DNA of 64,000 nt from Candidatus Chisholmbacteria bacterium. GTDB lineage: Bacteria > Patescibacteriota > Microgenomatia > UBA1400 > Chisholmbacteraceae. Both the position numbers and the translations under genes were made by a program. The stretch's first letter is position 1. Each line of letters opens with the position of its first letter. The notes under the pieces are model-generated. The model saw only the letters and a program-made list of their open reading frames with translations. It was not told the origin of the DNA and did not search any database. Below, piece after piece: positions 56,902-64,000 of this stretch. The stretch lies in contig CAVPHZ010000001.1 in NCBI GenBank assembly GCA_963704905.1, positions 259,438 through 323,437 of the forward strand. The letters run 5' to 3'.

Positions 56902-56968
56902 TTCATTGTAATCTTCTTTTCGATACGCTTTTCTCAAGAATTACCCTTGTGTGTGATATACTTTCGCC

Positions 56969-57370
56969 ATGTCTTCTCGAAGCCCAACTCGCCGACACGC
57001 TCATACTGTTCTTTCGCTCCGTGAGTCTTTTGCTCTCCTCTGGCGGGATCCTGTTGTAGGATTATCGTTTCGGATAACAGTTTTGCTTCTCGGGTTTTTT
57101 ATTTTTATTATGATGTTTTTTTATTGGAGGCTTCCTCCTGAGATACCTTTTGCATATTCACGTCCCTGGGGTGTTGGACAGCTTGTTCCACTGATATTTC
57201 TGTTTGTCATCCTCTCTTTAGTTGTGCTTATTATTCTGATCAACGCTTTGCTTGCAACATTCCTTTTTTCCAGAGAACAACTTCTTGCAAGGATACTGGT
57301 TTGGATAAGTGCTTTGGTTGTCTTACTTGTTGATATTACGGTATTGCGCGTCGTGTTACTGGTTACATAA
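56969..57370 (+). CDS. Hypothetical small membrane protein
   Basis: 133 aa, 3 predicted TMs. Confidence 0.3.
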   Translation: MSSRSPTRRHAHTVLSLRESFALLWRDPVVGLSFRITVLLLGFFIFIMMFFYWRLPPEIPFAYSRPWGVGQLVPLIFLFVILSLVVLIILINALLATFLFSREQLLARILVWISALVVLLVDITVLRVVLLVT

Positions 57371-57374
57371 ATCC

Positions 57375-58481
57375 ATGGTATCGAGCAACTTATTTTCTCA
57401 AATATTCTTATTTCCGCTTCTCATCACATTTATACTCGCATTTATCTTTACGCCAGTCGTTCGGCGAGTTTATCTCTTACGTAAATGGCTTGATGATCCT
57501 GCTATTCAATCTCATCCGAAGGTCGTCCATACCTACCCAGTTCCCCGAGGGGGTGGTCTGGCTATCTATGGTGCTGTTGCAATCAGTGCTCTCATTTTTC
57601 TTGGTATAGATAAGCAAGTGATCGGAATTCTTCTCGGTGGATTTGTTATTGCACTGGTTGGTTTTTTTGATGACCTTCATGATTTAAACCCTTATCTTCG
57701 TTTATTTCTTGGATTTCTGGCTGCGGCATTGGTTGTCTTTAGTGGAGTAGGGGTTGCGTTTATCACTAATCCGTTTGGAGAAGGGGTTCTTCATCTCGAT
57801 TGGCCGAGAATTACTTTTTTTCTTTTTGGAGAAATGCATACTCTCTGGGTCATTTCTGATTTGTTTGCTCTGGTATGGATTGTGTGGAATATGAACATGG
57901 TGAATTGGTCAAAGGGTCTTGATGGACAACTTCCTGGAATCGTGGTTGTAGCTGCAATTGTGATTGCACTTCTATCTTTCCGGTTTACTGAAGATGTTAC
58001 TCAATGGGAAGTTTCTATTCTGGCAGCAATCACGGCTGGGGCGTACTTGGGTTTTCTTCCCTGGAACTTCTATCCTCAAAAAATTATGCCTGGGTATGGT
58101 GGAGGAGCATTGGCAGGATTCCTTCTCGGTACATTAGCTATTTTATCTGGAGCCAAGGTAGCGACAATGATTTTGGTCCTTGGAATCCCAACAATGGATG
58201 CTGTTTATACAATTGTCCGAAGAATGGCCTCAGGTAAATCTCCTGTTTGGGGGGATCGCGGTCATTTTCATCATCGTTTATTGGATCTGGGTTGGGGTAA
58301 GCGTCGAGTGGCCATATTTTATTGGATTGTGAGTGGTATCCTTGGAATGCTGGCACTTCAATTGAATGCTCGACAGAAATTGTTTACAATCGTGTCGCTT
58401 GCTTTGGTATTAGGAGGTATTCTTTTATGGCTCAGTCAATTTATCTTCTCGTCAAAAGCGCCAGACCGCGACAGTGGCTGA
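57375..58481 (+). CDS. Polyprenyl-phosphate N-acetylhexosamine-1-phosphate transferase (MraY/WecA family)
   Basis: ...VGFFDDLHDLNPYLRL..., ...NWSKGLDGQ..., GDRGHFHHRLLDLGW motifs of the MraY/WecA superfamily. Start set at the first ATG after the upstream stop (track start 57309 overlaps). Confidence 0.7.
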   Translation: MVSSNLFSQIFLFPLLITFILAFIFTPVVRRVYLLRKWLDDPAIQSHPKVVHTYPVPRGGGLAIYGAVAISALIFLGIDKQVIGILLGGFVIALVGFFDDLHDLNPYLRLFLGFLAAALVVFSGVGVAFITNPFGEGVLHLDWPRITFFLFGEMHTLWVISDLFALVWIVWNMNMVNWSKGLDGQLPGIVVVAAIVIALLSFRFTEDVTQWEVSILAAITAGAYLGFLPWNFYPQKIMPGYGGGALAGFLLGTLAILSGAKVATMILVLGIPTMDAVYTIVRRMASGKSPVWGDRGHFHHRLLDLGWGKRRVAIFYWIVSGILGMLALQLNARQKLFTIVSLALVLGGILLWLSQFIFSSKAPDRDSG

Positions 58482-59368
58482 AAAACTTTGCCCTTTTTGC
58501 GGCTCTCATTTTTTCTGGAAAGCTGTTTGTGGTTCAAAGCTTTGTTTCTGTCATATGGGCATTTGTCATTTTTTCGATTCTCACTTCTTCTGTATATCTT
58601 TTTAATGATGTCGTTGATGCTCCTCTAGACCGTAAACATCCTTACAAACGACTTCGCCCAGTTGCATCTGGAAAACTTCCTTTATCACTTGCACTTTTTG
58701 TTGCAATTCTAGGATTTTTTATTTCACTTGCATTTGCACGAGGTTTATCGCTTTTCTTTTTTCTTGCCTGTCTTGCATATCTCGTCCTTCACGTTCTTTA
58801 TTCCTTGTGGATCAAACATATTCCAATTCTTGATCTCCTGGCGATTGCAACCGGTTTCATTATTCGGGTATACGCCGGCGCGCTGGTTATTGATGCTCAT
58901 ATGAGTGTTTGGTTCTTACTCACCGTCATCTCCTTGTCCTTGTTTTTGGCCGTCGGAAAAAGACAGAGCGAGAGAACACTTCTCATTGGCCACGGGGAAG
59001 AGCTCTCTTCGCACCGTAGTACATTAGTCCGATACAGCAACAGGATTCTTGATGTATATACCAGCATGTTTGCAAATACAGTATGGATCACCTATGCCAT
59101 GTTTACTTTTCTTGAGCCTCAACGGGTTCCAACACGCCCTAAGGTGGTTGGCTTCTTGTCAGTTCTTCCTCATACCTTGGTTGCGCAAAAGTGGCTCATG
59201 GCCACTGTGCCAGTTGTTGTCTATGGAGTGATGCGATACCTCCAACTCATTTATGAGAGTAATAAGGGAGAAAGTCCTGATGAAGTTCTGGTTTCTGATC
59301 GACCTTTGCTTGGAGCAGTTATTGTATGGGCAATAATGGTTATTGCGGTTATCTATGGAATTGGATAG
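58427..59368 (+). CDS. UbiA-family prenyl-phosphate transferase resembling decaprenyl-phosphate phosphoribosyltransferase (DPPR synthase)
   Basis: KSARPRQWLKNFALFAALIFSG...SVYLFNDVVDAPLDRKHPYKRLRPVASGKL = UbiA first Asp-rich motif in a DPPR-synthase-like context. The start (MAQSIYL...) overlaps the upstream gene by ~55 nt. Confidence 0.55.
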   Translation: MAQSIYLLVKSARPRQWLKNFALFAALIFSGKLFVVQSFVSVIWAFVIFSILTSSVYLFNDVVDAPLDRKHPYKRLRPVASGKLPLSLALFVAILGFFISLAFARGLSLFFFLACLAYLVLHVLYSLWIKHIPILDLLAIATGFIIRVYAGALVIDAHMSVWFLLTVISLSLFLAVGKRQSERTLLIGHGEELSSHRSTLVRYSNRILDVYTSMFANTVWITYAMFTFLEPQRVPTRPKVVGFLSVLPHTLVAQKWLMATVPVVVYGVMRYLQLIYESNKGESPDEVLVSDRPLLGAVIVWAIMVIAVIYGIG

Positions 59369-59400
59369 ATCGTTAAAAGTCTGGATACGAGGATGCACCT

Positions 59401-60288
59401 TCACTTCACAAGCTTGGCATAACGACCAGAGATCCAACCTTCCTGCCCATCACTGAGAAGGATTTTGTGCCAGCCGCTTTCATTGGTATCTAGATAACTA
59501 TATCTTTCACCTGGATTTACTTTCGCTACTTCGTTGTCTGCTGCAGTTGTTGGTTCTTTGCGAACCCGTAACCATCCTGTGGGAGTTTCAAGAATTTCAA
59601 TATACGGTTTATCTACTTTTGCAGAGGGTGATGCAGGTTTTGATTCTTCTGGTGTGGGTTTTGGTGACTCATCGTCCTCTGCTTCGGGTTTTTCTTCTCC
59701 ACTGGGAGAGGCTTGTGCAATAGGTTCTCGGGCAAGTTGTACATCCACCGTAAGCTTGTGTCCTGAAACGGTTTTTATTTGAATTTGCCGTTGCTTATAC
59801 CCTGGCGCTGAAACGGAAAGCGTGTGTTCTCCTTCCTCCACGTTTTTTACTTGGAGAGGAGTAAATCCCTTTGGCTGTCCATCCAATTTTACTGAAGCGT
59901 TGTCTGGTATTGATATGACCGCGATCTCCACTGCGTCGCTGGTTGCTAGTGGTTCTAGTGTTAAGGTTGCACCACTTGCTTCCTGCCTGTCTTGCGCAAA
60001 ATCATAGGTAATGACTGTGGTAATGCCGGGGTAAAGTTTGACTGTCGTCTCCCACTCTATTAATCCTTCTCCATCAGGAACGAGGCGAACATTGTAGTCT
60101 TGGCTCTTTAATTCCTGACTCTTAAACGGTGTTTCTCCGACTTTTTCGTCGTTTAAAAATACCGCTGCATTCGGATTTGTAGTTATTTGGATTGCTGCTT
60201 GTTGTCGCTGTAAAAAACCTGGAAGCAAACTGCATCCCGATAAGATAACGGCAGAAAAAATTGCGATAAATACCGCTTTTTTTCTCAT
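59401..60288 (-). CDS. Lipoprotein with PEGA domains and C-terminal SH3-like domain
   Basis: MRKKAVFIAIFSAVILSGC lipobox; PEGA-like repeats (VFLNDEKVGETPF..., VKLDGQPKGFTPLQ...); C-terminal GWLRVRKEP...GWISGRY. The track start 60327 lies upstream of the probable Met. Confidence 0.55.
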   Translation of the reverse strand: MRKKAVFIAIFSAVILSGCSLLPGFLQRQQAAIQITTNPNAAVFLNDEKVGETPFKSQELKSQDYNVRLVPDGEGLIEWETTVKLYPGITTVITYDFAQDRQEASGATLTLEPLATSDAVEIAVISIPDNASVKLDGQPKGFTPLQVKNVEEGEHTLSVSAPGYKQRQIQIKTVSGHKLTVDVQLAREPIAQASPSGEEKPEAEDDESPKPTPEESKPASPSAKVDKPYIEILETPTGWLRVRKEPTTAADNEVAKVNPGERYSYLDTNESGWHKILLSDGQEGWISGRYAKLVK

Positions 60289-60575
60289 AGAGGGCCTTAT
60301 GATAACAGAAATTCTTATCTGGTACAAGAAAATCTTTGCTTTTCGTGTTGGGTGGCTGATTCTGGTAGCGTCGATGAGGAAACGGAGATAAAAGCTGAGA
60401 TCTAGAAAGGTGTTGTTTAATTTCGATTTTCCAAAGCTAAGATAGCGATGGCCAAGAAGATAGCCGAAAAAAAGAATGGGAAATACATCTCTTTATTCTA
60501 AACTGACCTTTTTAAACTCCGTTAGATACTGGGAGCTGGTTTTTCTCGAGTTTCTGCTATAATTTTGAGGTAGTT

Positions 60576-60647
60576 GGCCTGGTGGCGAAGTGGTAACGCT
60601 GCGGTCTGCAAAACCGCGATGCGCGGGTTCGATTCCCGCCCAGGCCT
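60576..60647 (+). tRNA. tRNA-Cys (anticodon GCA)
   Basis: 72 nt. Acceptor stem GGCCTGG/CCAGGCC perfectly paired, discriminator U, anticodon stem GCGGT/ACCGC with loop CUGCAAA (GCA), T-arm GCGGG-TTCGATT-CCCGC. TATAAT at 60558-60563 sits 12 nt upstream. Confidence 0.85.
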
Positions 60648-60668
60648 CAATTATGTAGAATCTTGTAC

Positions 60669-61724
60669 CTAGACGCTTCCTATTTGAATTGCCTGTTCGA
60701 GAAGGCGATTGGAATATCCCCATTCATTGTCGTACCAGGCCATAACTTTTACGAGAGTACCGTCTGTAACTTGCGTTAAGGAAAGATCGACAATGGCTGA
60801 TTCTGAACGGCCAATGATGTCGCTACTTACCAACGGCTCATCGGTTACGGCAAGGATGCCTTTCCAATGCAAAGCTGATGTAGCTTCTTTGAATGCATGA
60901 TTTACTTCATTCACTGTTGTGTTCTTCTCAACCAGATATGTAATATCGGAGATCGATCCGGTTGCCACCGGAACGCGTAGTGACACACCATCAAACTTTC
61001 CTTTCAGTTCGGGAATGGTTTTGGTTGTCGCCTTTGCTGCTCCTGTGCTGGTTGGGATGATGTTGAGTGCGGCAGCGCGAGCTCGTCGTAAGTCTTTGTG
61101 AGAGTTGTCCTGCAGACGTTGATCATCTGTATATCCATGAATGGTTGTAAGCATTGCTTTTTGTATCTTGAATTTTGAATGAATGATTGAGGTCACCGGA
61201 GCCGTGCAGTTGGTGGTACATGATGCGTTGTCGGCAATCTTACCTTTTCCGTCGTATTCATTTACACCCAATACATAGGTTCCTATGCTCTCACTTTTTC
61301 CTGGCGCTGAGATCAGGACTTTTTTTGCTCCAGCTTTTAGGTGAAGTGAAGCCTCTTCCTGCGTACGAAATTTTCCAGTCGACTCAATAACGACATCGAT
61401 GTCATAATTCTTCCAGGGAAGCTTGGATGGATCTCGTTGTGCTAATACAGGAATGGTTTTTCTTTCAAACTCAATACTTCCTAGTTGAGAATCTTTCTCA
61501 GTTGTTTCTTCAGGCTTCTTAAGTTCTTTTGCTTGAATACTTTCTTGGAGTTTTCCGTAGACCGTGTCATATTTGAGTAGATGTACCCAGCCTTCGATTG
61601 GCATTGATCCAGAAGTGTTAATGGCTACTATGTCGAGCTTTTTTTGAAGATCTTCTCTCCGTAACCAAGCTCTGACTGCTAAACGCCCTATTCTCCCAAA
61701 TCCATTTATCGCTAATTTAATCAT
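60669..61724 (-). CDS. gap: Glyceraldehyde-3-phosphate dehydrogenase
   Basis: MIKLAINGFGRIGRL..., ...SCTTNC..., ...WYDNEWGYS. SD AAGGAG 7 nt upstream of ATG at 61724; the track's longer N-terminus is spurious. Confidence 0.85.
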   Translation of the reverse strand: MIKLAINGFGRIGRLAVRAWLRREDLQKKLDIVAINTSGSMPIEGWVHLLKYDTVYGKLQESIQAKELKKPEETTEKDSQLGSIEFERKTIPVLAQRDPSKLPWKNYDIDVVIESTGKFRTQEEASLHLKAGAKKVLISAPGKSESIGTYVLGVNEYDGKGKIADNASCTTNCTAPVTSIIHSKFKIQKAMLTTIHGYTDDQRLQDNSHKDLRRARAAALNIIPTSTGAAKATTKTIPELKGKFDGVSLRVPVATGSISDITYLVEKNTTVNEVNHAFKEATSALHWKGILAVTDEPLVSSDIIGRSESAIVDLSLTQVTDGTLVKVMAWYDNEWGYSNRLLEQAIQIGSV

Positions 61725-62706
61725 TTGAATCTCCTTTTTCAATTGCATTAAGACCTGGTAAGGTGCCTTCTGATAAATATTGTAGCATTGCGCCTCCCCC
61801 CATTGAAATGTGGTCGAGTTTATTCTCAGCTTTGAAAACAGTTGCTGCGGCCTCTGTATCACCACCGCCGATGACAGTATACCCTGAAGAGTTATTCACT
61901 GCTTTGGCAATGATTTCTGTTCCACGCTCTGCATCTTCACTTTCAAACACACCCATTGGTCCGTTCCAGACAACTGTGCCTGCTGTTTCTATATGCTGAG
62001 CGAATTCGATTGCCGATTCTTCTAATATATCTCTACCATCTTTTCTCAATTGAGCTACTCGAATACACGCCATCACTTCTGGTGAGCAAGTATTTCCTAT
62101 TTCTTGAGCAAGTTTGCCACCCACCAATATTTCATCTGCTAGATTGACGATTTTTTCGATCAAGGGAAGTTTGGTCTTAAGCTTGGCTCCACCAATAACA
62201 AATACTACTGGTCGCGTAGGGTTGTCCCTTACTTTATTTAATGCTTTCACCTCTTTTTTGAAGTGTACGCCAATTGCTGAAGGAAGAAGTAGGGGGAGTG
62301 TAACAATCGACGCATGACTTCTATGTGAAACAGCGAAAGCGTCGTTGATAAATACTTCTCCTTTTTGTGCAAGACTTTGGGCAAAGTTTCTGTCATTTAA
62401 TTCTTCTCCAGGATTGAAACGGAGATTCTCCTCAACTTTTATTGGTGCTGAGCTGGGTAGTAAAGACCGTAGAAGCTTCTCAATGGGTGCTACTCTAAGC
62501 TTATCGACAATAATTCCCCCTGGACGATCAATGTGGCAGAGAATAACAATTTTTTCCGGTCTTCGTTTGAGTACATAGTGTATTGTCTCAAATGACGCTT
62601 TTATTCTGGTATCATCAACTACTTTTCCATTGTTTAGTGGGACATCGTAGTCTGAACGTAAAAGAACTTTTTTTCCTTCAATGTTTAAATCGTCAAGGCT
62701 TTTCAT
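61717..62706 (-). CDS. pgk: Phosphoglycerate kinase (compact)
   Basis: ...LLRSDYDVPL..., ...FINDAFAVSHRSHAS..., ...GGGDTEAA..., ...MGGGAMLQYL. Confidence 0.8.
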   Translation of the reverse strand: MKSLDDLNIEGKKVLLRSDYDVPLNNGKVVDDTRIKASFETIHYVLKRRPEKIVILCHIDRPGGIIVDKLRVAPIEKLLRSLLPSSAPIKVEENLRFNPGEELNDRNFAQSLAQKGEVFINDAFAVSHRSHASIVTLPLLLPSAIGVHFKKEVKALNKVRDNPTRPVVFVIGGAKLKTKLPLIEKIVNLADEILVGGKLAQEIGNTCSPEVMACIRVAQLRKDGRDILEESAIEFAQHIETAGTVVWNGPMGVFESEDAERGTEIIAKAVNNSSGYTVIGGGDTEAAATVFKAENKLDHISMGGGAMLQYLSEGTLPGLNAIEKGDSND

Positions 62707-62749
62707 CTTTTCACTTGAAGTGTAGCATACTCATCTTATTCATTTTTAT

Positions 62750-62777
62750 TTGACTTCTGTACACTGTTTGATATAAT
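62750..62777 (+). promoter_or_regulatory. Sigma70-like promoter with extended -10 (TTGACT-16 nt-TGaTATAAT)
   Basis: TTGACT 62750-62755, TATAAT 62772-62777 preceded by TG; upstream of the M23 peptidase gene. Confidence 0.5.
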
Positions 62778-62790
62778 CCCTTCTCATAAA

Positions 62791-62811
62791 CCGCCAGAAG
62801 GTGGTTTTTTT
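62791..62811 (+). terminator. Intrinsic-terminator-like hairpin + U7 immediately downstream of the promoter (possible attenuator)
   Basis: CCGCC-AGAA-GGTGG (one G-U pair) then TTTTTTT at 62805-62811, only ~8 nt after the predicted TSS. Confidence 0.3.
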
Positions 62812-62865
62812 CTTGCTCATCACTATATGAGTCAAAACAGACATGTGGCCTGAATAAGCCGCACT

Positions 62866-63663
62866 ATGATACAAATGCCACAGTATTCATCTTCGCTCTC
62901 ATTGGCGGCGATGAAACCTCGATATTTCTTGTCGTATTTCGGCAAGCAGTTTATCTCATTATGTTCTTGGCTGTTTGAACTTCGCCTGCTTTGGTATCTC
63001 ATTATTGGAGTTTGGTTTTCTATTGTTGAGCATGGCACTGAGACTCTTCAACACCACATCCCGGATACTCAGGGGAGTGATTTGTTCAGCTTTCTTATTC
63101 GTCCATTTTTTGAACATCGTCTTGCTCGTGGTTTATTTGGCGTGAGTCTGATCGTAGCATTAGTTGTTGTCGGCTTCTTTGGTTCAATTCTTCCCTCACA
63201 ATCAACCACTGTGTTTGCTGACTTTCCAAGCGGGGCAACTGAACCTGCTACTGAACTTTCTATTGTTCAAGCTCCAACAGAAATTGTTGTGTCGACTGAG
63301 CGACGATATCAGATGCCTGTTGATTTAATTGGAGTTTCACAAGGCTTCCAACGCCATCACCCTGGAGTTGACCTTCGAGCTGCACATGAATCTCAGATTC
63401 AGCCTATTACAGAAGGTGTGATTGTGGATGTTGTTCATAGCGCATATGGTTATGGTCAAGCTATCATCATCAATCATGCAGACGGCGTTTCTTCAATGTA
63501 CGCTCATGTTGGAAAAATATTCATCGATCCTGGAGCTAATGTTGATAAAGACACCGTAATTGCAACAGTTGGACTCACAGGCTATACAACTGGTCCACAT
63601 CTTCATCTTGAAGTTTATAACAAGGGAGCTGCGGTTAATCCACAAGCGTTTCTAGGATATTAA
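62866..63663 (+). CDS. M23/LytM-family peptidoglycan endopeptidase with N-terminal TM
   Basis: HHPGVDLRA (HxxxD) and TGPHLHLEV (HxH) motifs. Confidence 0.75.
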   Translation: MIQMPQYSSSLSLAAMKPRYFLSYFGKQFISLCSWLFELRLLWYLIIGVWFSIVEHGTETLQHHIPDTQGSDLFSFLIRPFFEHRLARGLFGVSLIVALVVVGFFGSILPSQSTTVFADFPSGATEPATELSIVQAPTEIVVSTERRYQMPVDLIGVSQGFQRHHPGVDLRAAHESQIQPITEGVIVDVVHSAYGYGQAIIINHADGVSSMYAHVGKIFIDPGANVDKDTVIATVGLTGYTTGPHLHLEVYNKGAAVNPQAFLGY

Positions 63664-64000
63664 CTCTTTACAAGGGTTCCCACGTCTTCTCCGAGAATAA
63701 CGCGTTTAAGATTTCCTTCCTCAAAGAGGTTGAATACAATGATTGGAAGATCGTTTTCCATACATAGGGAGAGAGCAGCAGTGTCCATGACTTGAATGCC
63801 GTCTTCTTTAATTGCGTCAATGAATTTTATTGTTGTAAAGTGTTTCGCATCCTTGTATTTCAATGGGTCTTTGTCATAAATACCATCGACCTTTGTCGCT
63901 TTGATAAATACTTCTGCGTTTAACTCTAATGCTCTCAGGGCACCACCTGTGTCTGTCGTAAAATATGGGCTTCCAACACCAGCTGCGAGAATCACCACTC
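63660..64000 (-). CDS. pyrH: UMP kinase, C-terminal part (N-terminus beyond window end)
   Basis: ...ILAAGVGSPYFTTDTGGALRALEL...VDGIYDKDP... matches PyrH; 4-nt overlap with the peptidase gene end. Confidence 0.75.
   Translation of the reverse strand, partial: VVILAAGVGSPYFTTDTGGALRALELNAEVFIKATKVDGIYDKDPLKYKDAKHFTTIKFIDAIKEDGIQVMDTAALSLCMENDLPIIVFNLFEEGNLKRVILGEDVGTLVKS

Noticed and set aside
59534-60007. Short + strand ORFs (82 aa, 61 aa) rich in Ser/Gly/Ala
   Set aside because: Antisense to the PEGA-domain lipoprotein gene; low-complexity translations of the opposite strand of a Pro/Glu/Ser-rich linker.
60328-60575. tRNA or small ORF in the 250-nt spacer upstream of tRNA-Cys (17-codon ORF MAKKIAEKKNGKYISLF)
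   Set aside because: No cloverleaf beyond the single tRNA-Cys; the tiny ORF lacks an RBS. The region is interpreted as a promoter/leader (TATAAT at 60558-60563).
60493-60723. 76-aa minus-strand ORF
   Set aside because: Overlaps the tRNA-Cys gene and the gap 3' end on the opposite strand; spurious.
1-64000. CRISPR arrays, transposases, integrases or prophage remnants
   Set aside because: No regularly spaced direct repeats, no transposase/integrase/recombinase-like ORFs, and no integrase next to tRNA-Cys. The accessory character of the window comes from glycan/peptide-modification genes, not from recognisable mobile elements.

Overview
This is a low-GC (~40%), very compact bacterial window with many overlapping or ATGA-coupled genes and short housekeeping proteins (MetRS 478 aa, PGK 329 aa). 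That organisation fits a reduced-genome lineage such as CPR/Patescibacteria, which is inference only. The housekeeping content is murJ (partial), rpsT, tpiA, gap, pgk, metG, tatD, pyrH (partial), rmuC, two UvrD-family helicases (one fused to a Cas4-like nuclease) and a tRNA-Cys(GCA). Most of the window is cell-envelope glycoconjugate machinery. Region ~5.4-12.7 kb holds a Chlor_Arch_YYY-like giant membrane protein plus two paralogous 'HPDERF' GT-C-like proteins. Region ~8.9-29.4 kb is a glycan island with a small phosphoglycosyl transferase, GT2/GT4 enzymes, a split Alg14/Alg13-type transferase, two Wzy_C-domain proteins (one with TPR repeats), a PIG-L deacetylase and an LCP ligase. Region 53.8-59.4 kb holds a QxxRW GT2, an ArnT/PMT-like GT-C, an MraY/WecA-type transferase and a UbiA-family enzyme resembling decaprenyl-phosphate phosphoribosyltransferase. 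The most unusual region is ~29.4-42.7 kb. It has a minus-strand operon headed by a previously unannotated 36-codon Lys-rich ORF (strong Shine-Dalgarno sequence, TTGACA -35) followed by a YdjC deacetylase, GT2, HPr-kinase-like P-loop kinase, PqqD-like RRE and a second paralogous GT2. Around it sit an ATP-grasp ligase, a PF14907-like nucleotidyltransferase, a TRAM-less radical-SAM methylthiotransferase, a SipW/Sec11-type signal peptidase, a second PIG-L deacetylase, a histidine phosphatase, an O-methyltransferase, a membrane-anchored spermidine-synthase-fold protein and a Wzm/Wzt ABC exporter. No known RiPP class-defining enzyme (lasso cyclase, LanB/LanM, YcaO, rSAM-SPASM) is present. This looks like an undescribed RRE-guided peptide or protein glycosylation/phosphorylation system embedded in a glycan locus. 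No CRISPR array, transposase or integrase was seen.
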